NCBI GenBank assembly: GCA_038087875.1 | Contig: CM075990.1 | Span: 1,178,001 to 1,242,000, forward strand | Direction: 5' to 3' | From: Malacoraja senta | Taxonomy: Eukaryota | DNA length: 64,000 bases | Part shown: one piece after another, positions 60,938-64,000 of the stretch | Layout: every line of letters starts with the position of its first letter | Position numbering within the stretch: position 1 is the stretch's first letter | The notes under the pieces: generated by a model | What the model was told of the DNA's origin: nothing | The model's input: only the letters and a program-made list of their open reading frames with translations | Databases searched by the model: none | Translations under genes and position numbers: made by a program

Positions 60938-62310
60938 CTAAACACTGGGGCACTGTAGTGTAACTGAGCACAGACACCCCCTAAATGCTGGGGCACTGCA
61001 GTGTAGCTGACCATAGACACCCCCTAAATACGGGCACTGCAGTGTAGCTGACCATAGACACCCCCTAAATATAGCAATGTTACAAAATTTTGAGATTTAA
61101 AAAATAAAGTCTGCAATTTATCCCATCAGATAACGCATAAAAAGAAGTTTAATTTGACACCTAATTCACTTTCATATCTTCAGTATTAAAGAAGTTATGG
61201 CCATTTTCATACTCGGAAATTAGCATCTTGTTCCCTATTGTTTTTCCATTGACTTAACACAAAAGCTGTGATCGAGGACAGTTAAAAGTCCATAACTTTC
61301 TTAAAAATTAAGATAACTGAAAGAAATTTTCAGTTATTATAGATTGAAGCATTCTGAAACAAATATGAAACAATCTTACTTAGAAGACATGAAAGTAAAG
61401 CATATAATTAGTTAGTTACCTAATTGTAGCTAATTACAAAATTCAATTACTAGATCTAAACATCTATCAATTTCTTAAGAATAGATTAACATTTTTAAAT
61501 AGCCTAAGTGTCCAAATAACATTCACACAATAATTCACAATATAACATAATTTTTAAATCTCATTTTCATGAATTTACAGGCCAAATGGAACGAATTGAA
61601 TGTTTAATACCTGTAAATTAATGGGGATTTAAATCATCTTGTGAGTGAGGATTTCTGGAACGCGATCATTTGGAACGTTCATTTGCGGTGAATTTAACCC
61701 CGTATTGGCATTAAAAATACTGCCGTTAATTCGGGGAATAAAATCACCGTGTCGCATGAAAAAATGTGAATTAAAGGCTTCTTAAGAAGCACTTTTATAC
61801 ATTTCAAGAAACCACTTTTGTTTACCTGTCCCGTGTGTGAAATCCGTCCCCGTTATCGGCGTTGACGCTTCAGGAGCTGCTTTTAAAATTACTCTAGCGC
61901 TGACATTGACGATTTAATAAAAATAAAAAAATACACAAAAGGCCACTAGGAACGATTCTTCAGCCAACGCTTGTACTCCAACAAAATATTAACCAGGACA
62001 AGGGAGGAGAAACCCACGTTTTAACCCCACCCCCCCTTAAAGGCGCCAAAATCGCGCACACGGCCAGTGGCAGAATTACAGCGCGACTGAAGGTAAGTTT
62101 TGTAACATACCTACTAAATACGGGCACTGCAGTGTAGCTGATCATAGACACCCCCTAAACACTGGGGCACTGCAGTGTAGCTGACCACGGACATCCCTTA
62201 AACACTGGGGCACTGCAGTGTAGCTGATCATAGACACCCGCTAAACACTAGGGGGAATGACAGTGTAGCTGACCGTAGATACCCACTAAACACTGGGCCA
62301 CTGCAGCGTA
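60938..62310. repeat. ~40-bp minisatellite (CTAAACACTGGGGCACTGCAGTGTAGCTGACCATAGACACCCC) split by transposon copy 3
   Basis: Units at 60938-61071 and 62114-62310; a remnant unit at ~63238. Confidence 0.9.
61072..62113. mobile_element. Same TAG...CTA transposon, copy 3
   Basis: Colinear; TSD CTAAATA; inserted in a minisatellite. Confidence 0.9.
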
Positions 62311-62604
62311 ATGAAGGGTAGCACAGCTAGCGGAGTTGCTGCTGCACAGAATTAGGGACCCAGCCTCAACCCTGACTTTGCGAGCTGTCAGTGTAGAGTT
62401 TGCACATTCTCCTGCATCCCAAAGACATGCAGGTTTAAACGTCATTTGGCCCTCCGTAAATTGCCCCTAGTGTGCAGGAAGTGGATTGGAAAGTGGGATA
62501 ACATAGAACTAATGTGATTGGGTGATTGATGGTCGGTGTGGACTCAGTGGGCTGAAGGTCCTGTTTCCATGCTGTATCTCTAAATACAATACAATATAAT
62601 ACAA

Positions 62605-63240
62605 TAATACTTTATTAGCCAAGTATGATTTGCAACATATGAGGAATTTCATTTACCAAGTTAGTCATACAAATAAAACGCAACAGAACACACAAAATAC
62701 ATTTTAACATAAACATCCACCACAGTGACTCCTCCACATTCCTCACTGTGATGGAAGGCGAAAAAAAGTTCAAAATCTTCCCTTCTTTGTTCTCCCGCGG
62801 TCGGGGGCCTTGAGCCTCCTTTGACGGGACAGTCTTATTCCTGTTGCCGGCGGTCGGGCCCTACACGTCGGGCAGATCAACCTCTCGCATCGGGGGATCT
62901 CAGTTCCCCCGCGCCGGCGATCGGACTCTGGGTTGGGGCTCGTCGAACCTTCTGCGTCGTTGGAGCTCCCGACATCTATGGTCTCTACCCAAGACTGCGA
63001 GCTCTCGATAGTAAGGTCCGCAGGCCGTGGTTGGAACAATCCAAGGCAAAGGATTGGCTCCGATAGTAAGTCCACACCCCACGGGGTGGGGGTGGGGGGC
63101 TCAAAGTATTTCCCGAGTGAGGCCTCCAGCTCCATGATGTCAATGACCCGGAAAACAACCGCATCTCCGGCAACGTAAGAAATTGAGAAAAACTTCCCCC
63201 TGACACCCTCCCCCTCCCCCACATACAAGAAACCACAGAA
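62605..63240 (-). mobile_element. Unclassified GC/CpG-rich non-coding retroposon-like insertion
   Basis: TTTATT (AATAAA on -) tail end; partial similarity to the segment at ~9303-9480; no recognisable ORF. Confidence 0.4.
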
Positions 63241-63358
63241 ACACTGGGGCACTACAGCGTTTAATTAACGAACGCATGGCTTGTTTGGCCGTGTCACCAA
63301 CCTCTCCCATAGTGAGTCTGTTATTTTATTATGTTCTTGTGCTTTTTACTGTGGACAG

Positions 63359-63505
63359 GAAGGTAACATTTACCTGGCAGACTATAAGATCATGGATGGA
63401 GTTCCTGCCAACGCTACTGACCCCTGCACCATGCAGTACCTGACAGCACCCATCTGCTTGTTGTACAATAACTTAAGGAAGAAGCTGGTTCCCATCGCAA
63501 TCCAG
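63359..63505 (+). CDS. ALOX5: ALOX5 coding exon 7 (gene continues beyond the window)
   Basis: Acceptor ggacAG; EGNIYLADYKIMDGVPANATDPCTMQYLTAPICLLYNNLRKKLVPIAIQ, ending in the LOX PIAIQ motif; 147 nt; donor GTAATC. Confidence 0.96.
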
Positions 63506-64000
63506 GTAATCAGGAATGCAGCCCAGGAGAACAAGGAGCTGCTGCAATTAGGCAGGCACTGCCAGTGTCTGCTGATTGGATTGGTGAGCCAAGGGGGCCA
63601 ACGATGCATGTGAAAGGTGGTATGAAAGGGGGAGTTGGAACCAGGCCCCGCAATGGTGAGGGAACCGTTCAAGCAGCAGCTCAGTAAAACCCATTGTGAT
63701 AGAGTTCTCCATTAATCTCACTGCACTGGCTCTTCCCCTGTTGTCCTGTAAATCCTCTCTCTAGTGGAGTGTTTACCTGGTCCCATGTTGAAAGCTACCG
63801 TTAAATTCACTTCTAACTTTACAATTAAATCAAGCTGGGTAAAGTGTGAGCAGTGTAGAGGATGGCGTTGGATTTGAACAGATTGAGGTTGAGGTCAAAT
63901 ACGTAGCAGATACAGTTTGATGAGGATAAATGTGGGGTTATCCACATTAGGGGCAATAGTAGGAAGGCAAATTATTATTTGAGTGTCGATACACTGGTAA

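Noticed and set aside
60938..62310. Regularly spaced repeats superficially like a CRISPR array
   Set aside because: Head-to-tail minisatellite without unique spacers; eukaryotic intron; no cas genes

Overview
Eukaryotic, repeat-dense genomic DNA from a cartilaginous fish. The HE1-type V-SINEs and HER1-like CR1 LINEs point to an elasmobranch; skate or ray is my inference. The only host gene I can support is arachidonate 5-lipoxygenase (ALOX5) on the + strand. Coding exons 1-7 (11375-63505; 147/199/82/123/107/173/147 nt, 326 aa, all GT-AG, frame-consistent) cover the PLAT domain and the first part of the catalytic domain, and the gene continues past the window end. The introns and upstream region hold CR1, Rex/Babar and Tx1 LINE fragments, about 20 HE1 SINEs, several non-autonomous DNA transposons and many Penelope-like element (PLE) remnants. 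The most notable observations are: (i) PLE 3' termini carrying a minimal hammerhead-ribozyme motif, often as short fold-back insertions with 11-15 bp TSDs; (ii) a ~1.04 kb TAG...CTA transposon present three times, each with a 7-bp CTnnnTW TSD and a sense-strand consensus splice donor; (iii) a 1.4 kb CAAAG-terminated transposon carrying PLE/hammerhead pieces in an internal inverted repeat; (iv) a perfect 91-bp inverted duplication bracketing exon 5; (v) an intron-2 minisatellite made of nuclear-receptor DR2/DR1 elements. All repeat classifications are by eye, with no database search.
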